NCBI GenBank assembly: GCA_041740575.1
Contig: JBGSLS010000033.1
Coordinates: 96,529-160,528 of the forward strand
Source: Chitinophagaceae bacterium
GTDB taxonomy: Bacteria > Bacteroidota > Bacteroidia > Chitinophagales > Chitinophagaceae
Reading direction: 5' to 3'
Length of the DNA stretch: 64,000 nucleotides
A program made the position numbers and the translations under genes. The stretch's first letter is position 1, and every line of letters begins with the position of its first letter. Below the pieces are notes generated by a model. The model saw only the letters and a program-made list of their open reading frames with translations, ran no database searches and had not been told where the DNA came from. This document shows, one piece after another, positions 46,543 through 57,500 of the stretch.

Positions 46543-49416
46543 TTAGTCCAACAGGTATTTCACATCTTCCAGCGTTAAGCCCTGCATAAATCCTTCATCG
46601 GTGCTTACCAACTCTTCCGCAAGCTTCTTCTTTTGCTGCTGCATCCGCATGATTTTCTCTTCCACCGTACCCTTACAAATCATCCTGTAGGCAAATACAT
46701 GCCTGTCCTGCCCAATGCGATGGGTGCGGTCAATGGCCTGATTTTCCACTGCGGCATTCCACCAGGGATCGAAAAGGAAAACATAATCGGCGGCGGTAAG
46801 CGTAAGCCCGGCATTGCCTGCCTTAAGGCTCAGCAAAAAAACTTTAACATCTGTATTTTCATTTTGGAACTCGGTTACAAGCTTTGGGCGCTCGCTTACG
46901 GCGGTATTGCCATCGAGCCGCTGATAGCTGATACCCGCCTTTTGCAAATCGCGCTCCAGCAAATCGAGCATGGAAGTAAACTGTGAAAACACCAGGGCCT
47001 TGTGGGCAGGAATGATGTTTTGCAATTCACCGAGTAACATTTCGGTTTTGATGCTGTCGTAAGTAAACAGGTCCTCACCCTTTACCAGTTCGCAACTATT
47101 GCAGGCCTGCCTGAGTTTGGTAAGCCCGGCCAAAATACCCATTTTACCTTTGTTCAGCCCGTTTTGCTCAATATCAAGCAACACACTGCCCCGGATATTT
47201 TCCTTGATAGATTCATAAGCGGCTTTTTGGTCCTGTCCCATTTCGCACCACAAAACCATCTCCGTTTTGGGCGGAAGGTCGGGCGCCACCTGTTCTTTGG
47301 TACGGCGCAGTACAAAGGGTGCAATCAATTTTTGCAGCGCTTTGGCCTTTTCTTCATCTCGTTGCTGTTCTATGGGTATGGCATATTCCCTGCGGAAAAA
47401 TTCGCGGCTGCCCAGCAAACCCGGCAACAGAAAATTCAATTGCGCATACAGGTCCTGCGTGCCATTCATTACCGGTGTACCACTTAGCGCAATACGGGTA
47501 ATCGCTTTCAGTTCGTTAACCGCGCGGGTTATTTTGGTAGATGGATTTTTTATATGATGGCTTTCATCAATCACCGCCACATCAAAGAATGTTTCGCTTA
47601 AAAGTTCTATATCCTGCCGAAGGGTTCCATAACTTGTAATGACCACCGGAAAATCGTTGTTTTTCAATACATCCCCATCACGGGTAGCCCCGTGGTATGC
47701 AATGGTTTTAATGGAAGGAGCAAACTTCTCAAACTCCTGCTGCCAGTTGTAAATGAGCGATGCAGGACAAACCACCAAATGTTTTCCATCGGGGCTTTTG
47801 TGCAGGCGATTGGATACAAAGCAAATGGTTTGCAGGGTTTTACCCAGACCCATATCATCGGCAAGACAAGCGCTGCCGCCCGCTTCGGCCAGCAGGTTCA
47901 GCCAGTCGTAACCCTTTTGCTGATACGATCGCAATTCGGCAACCCTTACTTGTGGCGGCAAAGCATACATCGCGGTTTCACCTTTTACCCAAAGCTTCCA
48001 TTTTGCCAGCCACTTTGCATCCAGGGAGCGGCGCATGCCGGTTTCATCACCCCCATCTTCAAAACTTATCGCCAGCCATTTCGGTACCAGTAAATGCCCG
48101 GCCTTTACTTTTCCATGCTTTACGATGGAGCCGTATTGACCCAGCCATTCTTCTCCCATTACGCCCATACTGCCATCTTTCAGCATCACCACTTTTTGCC
48201 CACCCAACAGCATTTTTTGTAATTCACCAAGCGGCACTTTTTCTTTACCATAACTTACCTGAAAATCCAGCACAATATGGTTGTCGGCTTGTTCCAGCAC
48301 TTTCACTTTTGTTTCGGCCCTATGCGGCGAGTACCGGAAATGCCGCAGCATATCCATACCCGTTATTTCAACATCCAAACCAAGTAATTGATGATAGGTA
48401 TGGATGAACCATTGCTTTTTTTGTGCATCAGCGAAAGTGAGGTAAAAGTACCCGTTGTTTTGGCGAGCAAAATTGGGATGCAAGGCTTTTAAAAACTGAT
48501 TGAATTCCTTCTCAATGGGTTCATTGCGCTTTATCAGTACCGTCTTACCGTCTATCTGTTTTTCAACTTCATTGGTATAAGCGCCATCCACCACATAACC
48601 ATCATACAAAAATTGGGGGGTAAGCATTAAAAACGAATTATTAAGCTCGCTTAACAACACCCGCTTTTCGGGCAATACTTCCATGTATTCCTTCTTAATC
48701 AGCGCATCCATCTTCACGGTTTGCCCCATTTTTTTCAGGGGTGCTGTAATGCGTCCCATAAATGCTTCCACATCATCGCCCAAAGCAGTCATTGTTTGCT
48801 CATCGAGCCAATCGAGCGCTTCAAAAGTTTGTTGATTAAGATGCCAATAATCATTGCCGCGTACCAGTAAAAAATAAAAGCGCCGGAACTCGGTTATGGG
48901 CCATTTTCCCTCGCGGGTTTTTACCCACACCTGCATGCCGTAGCCATCTTCGGTAGCCAATGCTTCATATTCTATTTGGGCGCTGATGGGATGGTAGATA
49001 CAGGGCGCCGTACTTACCCGGTTACTTCCCGGGGTAGTAATACGATGGTACCAATGTAATTCGTTGGCAAAATTCTTCAGCAAGCCAAAATTGGTTTGGA
49101 AATAGCGGGCAAACGCACGGTCGCGATATTCGGTTGCCTGTTTACCCGAAATGCCAGCTTTTTCTAATTGAAAATTGATACGTTGTTTTTCGTTTTCAAG
49201 TTCCTTGGGGGTAAGCCGTGTCAGCAATCCACGTGCAGTAATGTCAACATGTTTCAGGTAATGGTTAATGGTTGCTGTCGTCAGTTGAAGTTCATCCATT
49301 TCCACCGCTGTGCCTTTTTTCTCAACTTTTACCAACTGCACTACCGGCGTACGATGCAATAATTTTTGCGCTTGTAAGAGTAAAACCACTTTCACCTTCG
49401 AATCCTTTGCCGCCAT
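46543..49416 (-). CDS. SNF2-family (DEAD/DEAH-like) helicase/ATPase
   Basis: LADDMGLGKT, DESH, LSGTPVMN and SLKAGNAGLTLTAADYVFLFDPWWN...DRTHRIGQ. Confidence 0.92.
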   Translation of the reverse strand: MAAKDSKVKVVLLLQAQKLLHRTPVVQLVKVEKKGTAVEMDELQLTTATINHYLKHVDITARGLLTRLTPKELENEKQRINFQLEKAGISGKQATEYRDRAFARYFQTNFGLLKNFANELHWYHRITTPGSNRVSTAPCIYHPISAQIEYEALATEDGYGMQVWVKTREGKWPITEFRRFYFLLVRGNDYWHLNQQTFEALDWLDEQTMTALGDDVEAFMGRITAPLKKMGQTVKMDALIKKEYMEVLPEKRVLLSELNNSFLMLTPQFLYDGYVVDGAYTNEVEKQIDGKTVLIKRNEPIEKEFNQFLKALHPNFARQNNGYFYLTFADAQKKQWFIHTYHQLLGLDVEITGMDMLRHFRYSPHRAETKVKVLEQADNHIVLDFQVSYGKEKVPLGELQKMLLGGQKVVMLKDGSMGVMGEEWLGQYGSIVKHGKVKAGHLLVPKWLAISFEDGGDETGMRRSLDAKWLAKWKLWVKGETAMYALPPQVRVAELRSYQQKGYDWLNLLAEAGGSACLADDMGLGKTLQTICFVSNRLHKSPDGKHLVVCPASLIYNWQQEFEKFAPSIKTIAYHGATRDGDVLKNNDFPVVITSYGTLRQDIELLSETFFDVAVIDESHHIKNPSTKITRAVNELKAITRIALSGTPVMNGTQDLYAQLNFLLPGLLGSREFFRREYAIPIEQQRDEEKAKALQKLIAPFVLRRTKEQVAPDLPPKTEMVLWCEMGQDQKAAYESIKENIRGSVLLDIEQNGLNKGKMGILAGLTKLRQACNSCELVKGEDLFTYDSIKTEMLLGELQNIIPAHKALVFSQFTSMLDLLERDLQKAGISYQRLDGNTAVSERPKLVTEFQNENTDVKVFLLSLKAGNAGLTLTAADYVFLFDPWWNAAVENQAIDRTHRIGQDRHVFAYRMICKGTVEEKIMRMQQQKKKLAEELVSTDEGFMQGLTLEDVKYLLD

Positions 49417-49598
49417 TTACATTTAGTTCTTAGAGGGGCAAACTTAGGATAACCCGGAAATTTCGCACTTGAAATAAGTGGAAAGTTTTGCACGATACAT
49501 TCAATCGACATGCATAGAAGGGCAGCACTATTCATAGAAAAGAGACTATTTAATTGGATTTTGCATGTTACTTTTTGAATAAATCTAAAATAATATAC

Positions 49599-49650
49599 AC
49601 GTGCTAAAAATAAAATTTTTGCACGTAATTCATTTTTTTGATTATATTTG
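49599..49650 (+). promoter_or_regulatory. Inverted repeat and -7 promoter element of the toxin-antitoxin operon
   Basis: ACGTGC...GCACGT arms (49599-49604 and 49621-49626) with inner A5/T5; TATATTTG at 49643-49650. Confidence 0.5.
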
Positions 49651-49683
49651 TACCTATTAATTATCTAATTCAAGTCTACTAAC

Positions 49684-49929
49684 ATGATTACAAAACTTAC
49701 CTTGACAATGGAAGAATCCGTCATTGAACAAGGCAAAAAATATGCAAAATCCAAAGGGCAAAGTTTGTCGGGCTTAATAGAAAATTATCTTAAAACGGCA
49801 ACAGGGCCACAACAAAATACCATTGAATTAACACCTATTGTAAGGTCATTAAAAGGTTCTTTTAAAGTTACTGAAGATTTTGACTACAAAGATGAATTAG
49901 CCAAACAGTTATCAGAAAAATACCTGTAA
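49684..49929 (+). CDS. Putative antitoxin (DUF6364-like, ribbon-helix-helix)
   Basis: TKLTLTMEESVIEQGKKYAKSKGQSLSGLIENYL; 81 aa, directly upstream of a PIN gene. Confidence 0.78.
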   Translation: MITKLTLTMEESVIEQGKKYAKSKGQSLSGLIENYLKTATGPQQNTIELTPIVRSLKGSFKVTEDFDYKDELAKQLSEKYL

Positions 49930-49932
49930 GCT

Positions 49933-50367
49933 ATGACACATATCCTGATTGACACCGATGTAATTCTCGACTTTTTTTTCGATCGAAAACCTTATTCGGA
50001 AAATGCAGCGCAGGTTTTATCCTTATGCGAATCAAAACAAATTACAGGATATATTACACCAGTGATTTTAAGTAATGTTTATTACTTGCTAAGAAAAAAT
50101 GGACAGCATGATCTGGCAATAGAAAAATTAAAAAGTTTCATTTCAATAATTGACATTTTGATCATAGATAAAAATTCAATTATGAATGCACTAACTTCTA
50201 AATTCAATGACTTTGAAGACGCGCTTCAAAACTATGCTGCTGAAAAGAATGAAGAAATTACTTTAATCATTACAAGGAATACTAAGGATTATAAAAACAG
50301 TTCTATTGGGGTTATGACTCCTGAAGATTTCTTAACTTTTAGAAACGCAAAAAAAATTTTCGTATAA
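49933..50367 (+). CDS. PIN-domain (VapC-like) toxin
   Basis: ILIDTDVILD, DFEDALQ and ITRNTKDY. Confidence 0.88.
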   Translation: MTHILIDTDVILDFFFDRKPYSENAAQVLSLCESKQITGYITPVILSNVYYLLRKNGQHDLAIEKLKSFISIIDILIIDKNSIMNALTSKFNDFEDALQNYAAEKNEEITLIITRNTKDYKNSSIGVMTPEDFLTFRNAKKIFV

Positions 50368-50416
50368 ATTAATATTCCAGATAACTGGCATTTTCCCATG
50401 TTTATGGTTCTTCCAA

Positions 50417-51508
50417 CTAAAACCCTACACATTTCATCCTGTATGAACTAATTACCCGGCTTGAAAACGCATTCTTATAAGCGAGCGTAAATTCAAAGCC
50501 GCCTTGCGCACCCGATGCTTTGGTTAATTGACTCACATTTACATCATAACTGATACCTACTGCAATTTTTTTCATATCGAGCCTTACTACAGGTACAATC
50601 GCATCGTTCCAGCGGTATACAGCGCCCAATGAAAGGCTAATCTTATCTTCGGTATCATATTGCATAAGGTCAGTAGTGTAAAAACCGCCCAGCATCATAA
50701 TATTTTGCGCACCTACTTTCACCAATGTATCCGCATTGGTTCCGGCTTTCTGAATAAAATAATCTGCATAAAAAGTCATACGGTCCCTATCGCTTGTTTG
50801 TATGGTCATGCCGCCATTAAAAGCCCATTTTCTGCCAAGGCGAATATCATCGGTATTAAAAGCAATGGAAGGATTATTGGCATGAAACAAACCCAATCCA
50901 ACATAGGCATCAATCTCACCGGTTAGCGGTCCGCTGAGTGCAATGCCACCGCCAATATCAAAATAGTTTTTACCGGTTTGGTTGATGGTTTGGCGCGTAG
51001 TAATATTGGGGTTAAACTGTCCGCCCTGAAACTGATCGTCCCACCGCAAACCCGTAGGATCAAAACTGCTTGTTACAATACCTCCCATTAAGGAACCCGA
51101 AATATAAAATTCATCACCATTGAGCGGTGCATGATAAGTAAGTACAGGTAAAAAATGTGCGCGGGTGAGTTTACTATCGCCTGCAACATCATGGGTAATT
51201 TGCGCACCTGCAGTAAGATAATGACCATAATCATTTACAGGAAAGTTAACCTCGGCACTAAGCCCCGCGGTACGAAAAGGAACCGTTACACTCTGCCATT
51301 GATTTCGAAAAACAGATTGTACCCGTACATCGCCAATAAACATACCCGCAAGTGCGGGATTGCGTAGTAAAGGCAATTCGTAGAACTGTGAAAAATTTAA
51401 ATCCTGTGCAGCAGCTAGCCATCCCTGCAACAGCAGCAAGCCGACCACCGCTGTACGGTAGCAGTATTTTTTTACACCTGTTTTAAAACGCTGGTGAATT
51501 GCTTTCAC
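50417..51508 (-). CDS. PorP/SprF family T9SS membrane protein
   Basis: AQDLNFSQFYELPLLRNPALAG, RNQW, GISYDVNVSQL and GGFEFTL. Confidence 0.9.
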   Translation of the reverse strand: MKAIHQRFKTGVKKYCYRTAVVGLLLLQGWLAAAQDLNFSQFYELPLLRNPALAGMFIGDVRVQSVFRNQWQSVTVPFRTAGLSAEVNFPVNDYGHYLTAGAQITHDVAGDSKLTRAHFLPVLTYHAPLNGDEFYISGSLMGGIVTSSFDPTGLRWDDQFQGGQFNPNITTRQTINQTGKNYFDIGGGIALSGPLTGEIDAYVGLGLFHANNPSIAFNTDDIRLGRKWAFNGGMTIQTSDRDRMTFYADYFIQKAGTNADTLVKVGAQNIMMLGGFYTTDLMQYDTEDKISLSLGAVYRWNDAIVPVVRLDMKKIAVGISYDVNVSQLTKASGAQGGFEFTLAYKNAFSSRVISSYRMKCVGF

Positions 51509-51522
51509 ATCTTTTCTTTTTT

Positions 51523-54500
51523 CTATCTGAACAATGTTATATTTCCTTTATACACATAATTAGCACCGGCCGTACACAACACTTCTGCCGTAAACACATA
51601 TACATCAGGACTTGCAGGTACACCATTTACTTTTCCATCCCATCCTGCAGATGGATCGTTGGCAGTAAAATTCTGTTTTTCAAAAACAACCTGCCCGTAG
51701 CGGTTAAAAATGCGGAAAGATTTTACTGTTGATACACCTTTACCACGCACCATTAAAATATCGTTCACCCCATCACCATCGGGGCTGAAAGCATTGGGAA
51801 TAAATACCTGGTCCTTTTGGCAAACCACTGTATAACCTACCGTGTCCCTTGCTGTGCAGCCGTAAATGGTTTCAACTTCCAAATTATACAGAATATTATT
51901 ATTGATGGTCGCTACCGGATTGGGACAATTATTGCAACTCAAATCACGGTTGGGTGTCCAGGTGTAGCGTGCAAAAGGCGCACCGGTAAGCGCAGGCGTG
52001 AGCGTAACTTGTGTACCCGCCACTACGAGCGAACCCGGAGGCAAACTTACCGTAGGATTATAGCCTACAGCAACGGTTACATATCCTGTATCGGTAAAAC
52101 AATTTTCTGCATCAAAACCTACTACACGATACGTGGTAGTACTAGCAGGCCTTGCAACCGGGTTTGGAATATTATTTGCATTCAATCCTACCGTTGGTGT
52201 CCATTGATACCGGATGGCATTCGATGCAAACAATTGTGCAGATTCATTGCTGCTGGCACAAATGGTATCATTGGGAACTACGTTTATGGTAAAAGGTTGC
52301 GCCACATTTACAAGCATGCTATCTATACCTGTACAGCCAAATGTATTTGTGTTAGTTACAAAATATTCGGTGGTAAAATTGGGATTGGCAATAGGATTGG
52401 GACAGGTGTTGCAACTCAATCCCTGCTGTGGTGTCCATAGCATCGGGCCGGGTGCTGTTGCATTCAATTGTATTTGTTGTCCGCGGCAAATAGTAACATC
52501 CCGTCCTGCATTTACAACGGGGGTCGGGTTGACGCGAACATTGCGTGTAGCCGTATCGGCACAACCAAAGGCCGTACGGCCAATAAGCCGAACCGCATAA
52601 GTACCGTTTTGCTGCCAGGTGGTAAATATTATATTACCTGTTTGACTACCGCCACCTGCTATCTGCCAATCAAATACGGCCGAAGTTCCCGCTGCATCAA
52701 AGGCTGCAAATCGCGCCGGTTGTGCTACGCAGGCAACCGTATCGCCTGTAATGGAAACTACCGGCGATTGCTCTACACGTATATCCAACAGCTGTCTTAC
52801 CGTATCTATACAACCGCTGTTACCCACTACAGAGAGTGTTACGGCATAGGTACCGGATTGATTATAAACTTTTACGGGGTTTTGAAGCGTAGATGTAGTA
52901 CCGTCGCCAAATAACCAACTCCATTGGCGGATGGCAAAAAATGCGGAAGATGTATCGGTAAAATTAACACGGGTACTGTCGCAAAACTGTTGCGGCTGCG
53001 CTGTAAACCCTGATTCAAGTTTACCCATTCGAATGGTGTCGGGTCCAGGCAGGGTAAGTGTACAACCCTGGTATTCCAGTACTACCCTTGGCACATATTC
53101 TCCAGGCTGATTGTAGAAATAGCTAACATTGGGACTCGTTGTAACCATACTATCACCATTGCCAAAATAAAAACGATAACGGGTTGCATTGCTGTTGAAA
53201 ACTTCAAAAAAGACTGGTTGCCCCGGGCAATAATATCCGCCGCGATAACGCCAATCACCCGTAGGTGCATTTACAATAATATTTGCTACAGCACTGTCCG
53301 TGCAATTAAAACCTTGTGCAAACTGGCGGCTGCCGCGTAACACAATCCGGTAGTTGCCGGCTGCCGTGTAATTTTTCAACGGGTCACGCAAAGTGCTTGT
53401 AGTACCATCTCCAAAATCCCAGTTCCATGCCAGTCCAGCATCACTAGTATTGGTAAGCGTAAATGGTTGATTCAGGCAAATAACCGTTGGGTTAAGTGTA
53501 AATGAAACTTTCGGGCCCAGCGCCACGTTAATCGTTTCTGCCGATGTAGTATCGCTGCAACCATTGGATGCAAATAAGGTAACTACAAACCGGCCTGTAT
53601 CGCTAAATGTATGCCGCACGGTATCAAAGCCCTTATTGGTCGTAAGCTCAGGGGTTCCGTCACCAAAATTCCAACGAAAAATATTGGCGCCCGTGGTATT
53701 ATTAAAGAAGCTAACCGTATGGGGCGCACATCCATTCAGGTCGCTGCCATTTACGGCAAAATCAAGCCGCACGCTGTTGGGATTCACTACCAGATTAAAT
53801 CTTGCCGTATCGGTTCCGCAATCATTAGTTCCATACAGCCGTATACGGAATGTATCAAGGCGGTTGGTAAAATACGTGTGTTTTACCGATGAAAAATCGG
53901 CTGGTTGCAAAGGACTGCCATCGCCAAAATCCCAAATAAAACTTGCATTGCTACCCGCGCTATTATTATTCAGCGTTACGGTAAACGGACTGCAACCTTC
54001 GGCTTTATCAGGTGTAAAAATGGTACGTGGCCTTGCCCTTACCCGTATTTTATGTTCTACGGTAAATGTATCGCAACCACCGGTAGCGCTCAATTTTACT
54101 GCATAAATAGTATCGCCGCGGTTGGGGTTTACGGCAAATAGTATATTACCTGGTTGCGGATTGTTTGATGTTTGGCCATTTCCAAAATCCCAATGAAAAA
54201 TATATCGCTCCGGTTGCGGCGTTGTATTGGTAATTAAAATATTTAACGGGCCACATCCAACTGTATCACTAAGCAAAAATGAAGGTGTTGGATTGCTGAT
54301 CGTTTTGAATTTTGCTGTTGCAGAATCACCAACACAACCAAAACGGCTGATGGTTATCAAACGAATAAATACCGAATCATCGGAATTGGAAAGCGTATAA
54401 CCGGGGAAGGTTGCGCCGGTACCAATTAAACCGTTATTGGCATACCATCGGTAAATACTGTTTCTGTCCGGGTATGGTGTAAGATTGATGACAGCAGGCG

Positions 54501-57500
54501 TAATAACAAAAGGCGCGCAACCCACCAACGGTGCCGGCTGAATATCGGCAAGTGCATTGGGATGAATAAAGATGCGAATCGCATTGGATGGCGAACCTGC
54601 CGTACAAACGATAGTACTGCCTAACCTCCTATAAAAAATGGTTGCTGAAGGCACCGGTATCACCAGATCTTTAGTATTAGCACCGATGATATTTGTCCAG
54701 TTTACACTATCCGCACTTTGCTGCCACTGATAGGCCAGCGCCAATCCGCCTGCCGTTGCATTGCTACCAATGAGCGGCGCAGGTACCACTCCGGCACATA
54801 ATCCCTGTGTGGCGGAAATTGTATTATTTGAAACTGCATTTACCACCGTTACCACTACCGTATCTCTTCCAATACAGGAGCCACTTCCAACGCTGTAAAC
54901 AAGGGTATAGGTTCCTGGAGTAGATGCTGTAAAATCGCCATTGGGCAAAACCAGTGAACTGCCGCTCCAGGTACCGCCTGCAGGTGCCCCTGATAGCTTG
55001 TAAATACTGCCATCTGCACAAATCGATGCATCGCTACCCGCATCGGAAGCAGGTGGATCCTGCACGCGAACAACCATGCTATCCACTCCATCGCAACCGG
55101 CTGCAATAAATGCATAATAAAGGGTGTATACGCCGTTTCCTGCCCCACGCGGATTGAATGCACCTGCTGCACTTACAAACGGGCTGCCGCTCCACACACC
55201 ACCGGCAGGAGAACCCGAAAGAATAACGTTGGGCGCATTGTTGCAGGCAACCGTATCGCGCCCGGCATTTACTACGGGTCGGGTAATTACTGACACATTT
55301 ACATTGGCCGATGCCCGGCAGTTGTTTGCCAAACTGCCAATAACGGAATACAAAGTTGTATTTGCAGGCGATGCAATTACTACCGCGCCTTGCGTATCAT
55401 TTAACCCTGCAGCCGGGCTCCAGGTATAGGTATCGGCACCATTGGCGGTAAGCGTTACACTACCACCAATGCAAACGGAAGTATTGGTTGGACTTACGGT
55501 TAACAATGGACCCCGCCTTACCGTTACCAGTACCGTATCAGTCGAACGACAGTTTACACCCGCGTCAGCCGTAAGCACATATTGGAAAGTCGTATCAGCA
55601 GCGGGGCCGTAAAATGGATAGTTTACTGTTGGGTTGGGAACCGTTGCATTGCTTAAGCCACGCGATGGCGCCCAACTATACACAACACCTGTAAAACCTG
55701 TCATGCCAATATTCACAGGCTGATTACTGCATTCCACCTGATCGGGACCTGCATTTGCATCGGGCCTTCCGCCTACAATTGACTGACTTGTTGCTTCCGT
55801 TGTGCCGCAATCGTTGGTTACTTTGAGTACAATGGGAAAAGTACCCTGATTATTATAAAAAACAGCGCCCGGGTTAAGTACCGAAGATGAAGTTGGAACG
55901 CCACCGGTAAATGCCCATTCATAAATAATACCCTGGTTTTGGTAACAGGTATTTACATTAGCGGTTGGCGATAGCGTATTGGCAGCGCATATTCGCCCCA
56001 ATGGATTTATGTTAACAATGGGCTTTTGCCGCACTGTAAATGTATCGGTAAAAATAGCAGGTGCGCAGCCTGATGCACGAGTACTTACTTTTAATTCAAT
56101 AATATATAGGCCTGATTCTGTAAAAGAGATTTGCGGATTGGTTGAATTGGAAGCAGTGCCATTTACAAAAGAATAACTGCCAGAACCGCCACATGATGTA
56201 GGATCAAGATAGCGAATTGTCCACAAATATGTTTCTCCGCCGCAGGTACCAATGGGCGATGTATTGGTTAAAGAAAGCGTTTCCGGGGCGCAGGCTTCAT
56301 TTTTATCCATGGTAAAACTTGCGGTTGGCGGCGTGCGTACACATATTTCAAGCTCTGAACTATCCAATCCGCAACGCTCATTCCACATATACTGCATCAC
56401 GGTATAAATACCGGGTCGCGTAAAAGTTATGTTGAAGGTTTCGGTACCGGCTGTCCAGTCTGTACCGCTTACCGGGCGATTATTTCTATTGCCCAATGTA
56501 CCTCCACTGATATTATAACCTGTAGATGGAAAAATCTCCCATACCAACTTCCCCTTATTTTCACAAATACTGCCACCACCACCTGTGGCGGTAATTAACC
56601 CACCAAAATCTCCTGAATTTCTTATTTGCGCCGGTACATTCACACAAATATTTCTACCCGGGGTAATCGTGGCCGCCGGATTAGGCTTTCCTGAAACATA
56701 TATAGGAATCACGTTTACACTGGTAGCTCCACAAGGATTTTCAATATTCAGTAAGGCAAAAAAACTATTAGTAAAAATAATTGGGCCATTACTGCTTGAA
56801 AAGCCACAGGAAGATTTAGTAAACCAATGTGAAACAGTATCCGGTGCCGGATGATTAAATGATTTTATTGGTGTACCGTCATTAATGGTAACTGTGTAAA
56901 TGGTTCCGATGGGATTATTGGCGGTTCCTGAAATTACGAATTTCAAACTATCGGGTGCACATATTTCGGTATTTCCGGGGCTTGCAAAACCACCGGCAGG
57001 GTTACTGCCTACAAATACGTTATAGGTTTTTTCATTGTTGCATCCATTGCTTCCTGAAACTTGAACCGTCATGGTACTACTTCCCTGTGGAAAGGTATGT
57101 ACAATGTTTACATTGCCAGGCCATGTGGCGAAACTTGTATCAGGAGTCCCATCACCCCATTTTATAGTATATCCATTAATAGCCCCCATGGTGGTGCTGA
57201 TGTTACGAAACTGAAAGGTGTAAAAGGGTACATTATTGCAGAATCGAAAAGTTTCTACTCCATTAAAAGGACCGAAATTCACTAAAGGATCAGCACTATT
57301 TATCCTTATATCGGGGATGTTTTTTACCGTAATTGCTATATTTGAAGTATCCCTGCAACCACCGGCATTGGTTACAATTTGTCTTACTGAATAAGTGGTG
57401 TTTCCTGTTGCACCAATGGCTTTATCAAATTTGTGTAAAGGATTCCGTATTGTACTGCTGACACCATCACCAAAATCCCAGCGATAGGTTAGCCCGTTAC

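Noticed and set aside
46633-48407. Several 100-215-aa plus-strand ORFs inside the SNF2 gene
   Set aside because: Antisense shadows in a GC-richer gene; no recognisable motifs.
45509-50367. GT2 + SNF2 + toxin-antitoxin as a defence island
   Set aside because: The genes are in different orientations with different composition; the SNF2 looks like the ordinary solitary Bacteroidota type, with no nuclease or methylase partners.
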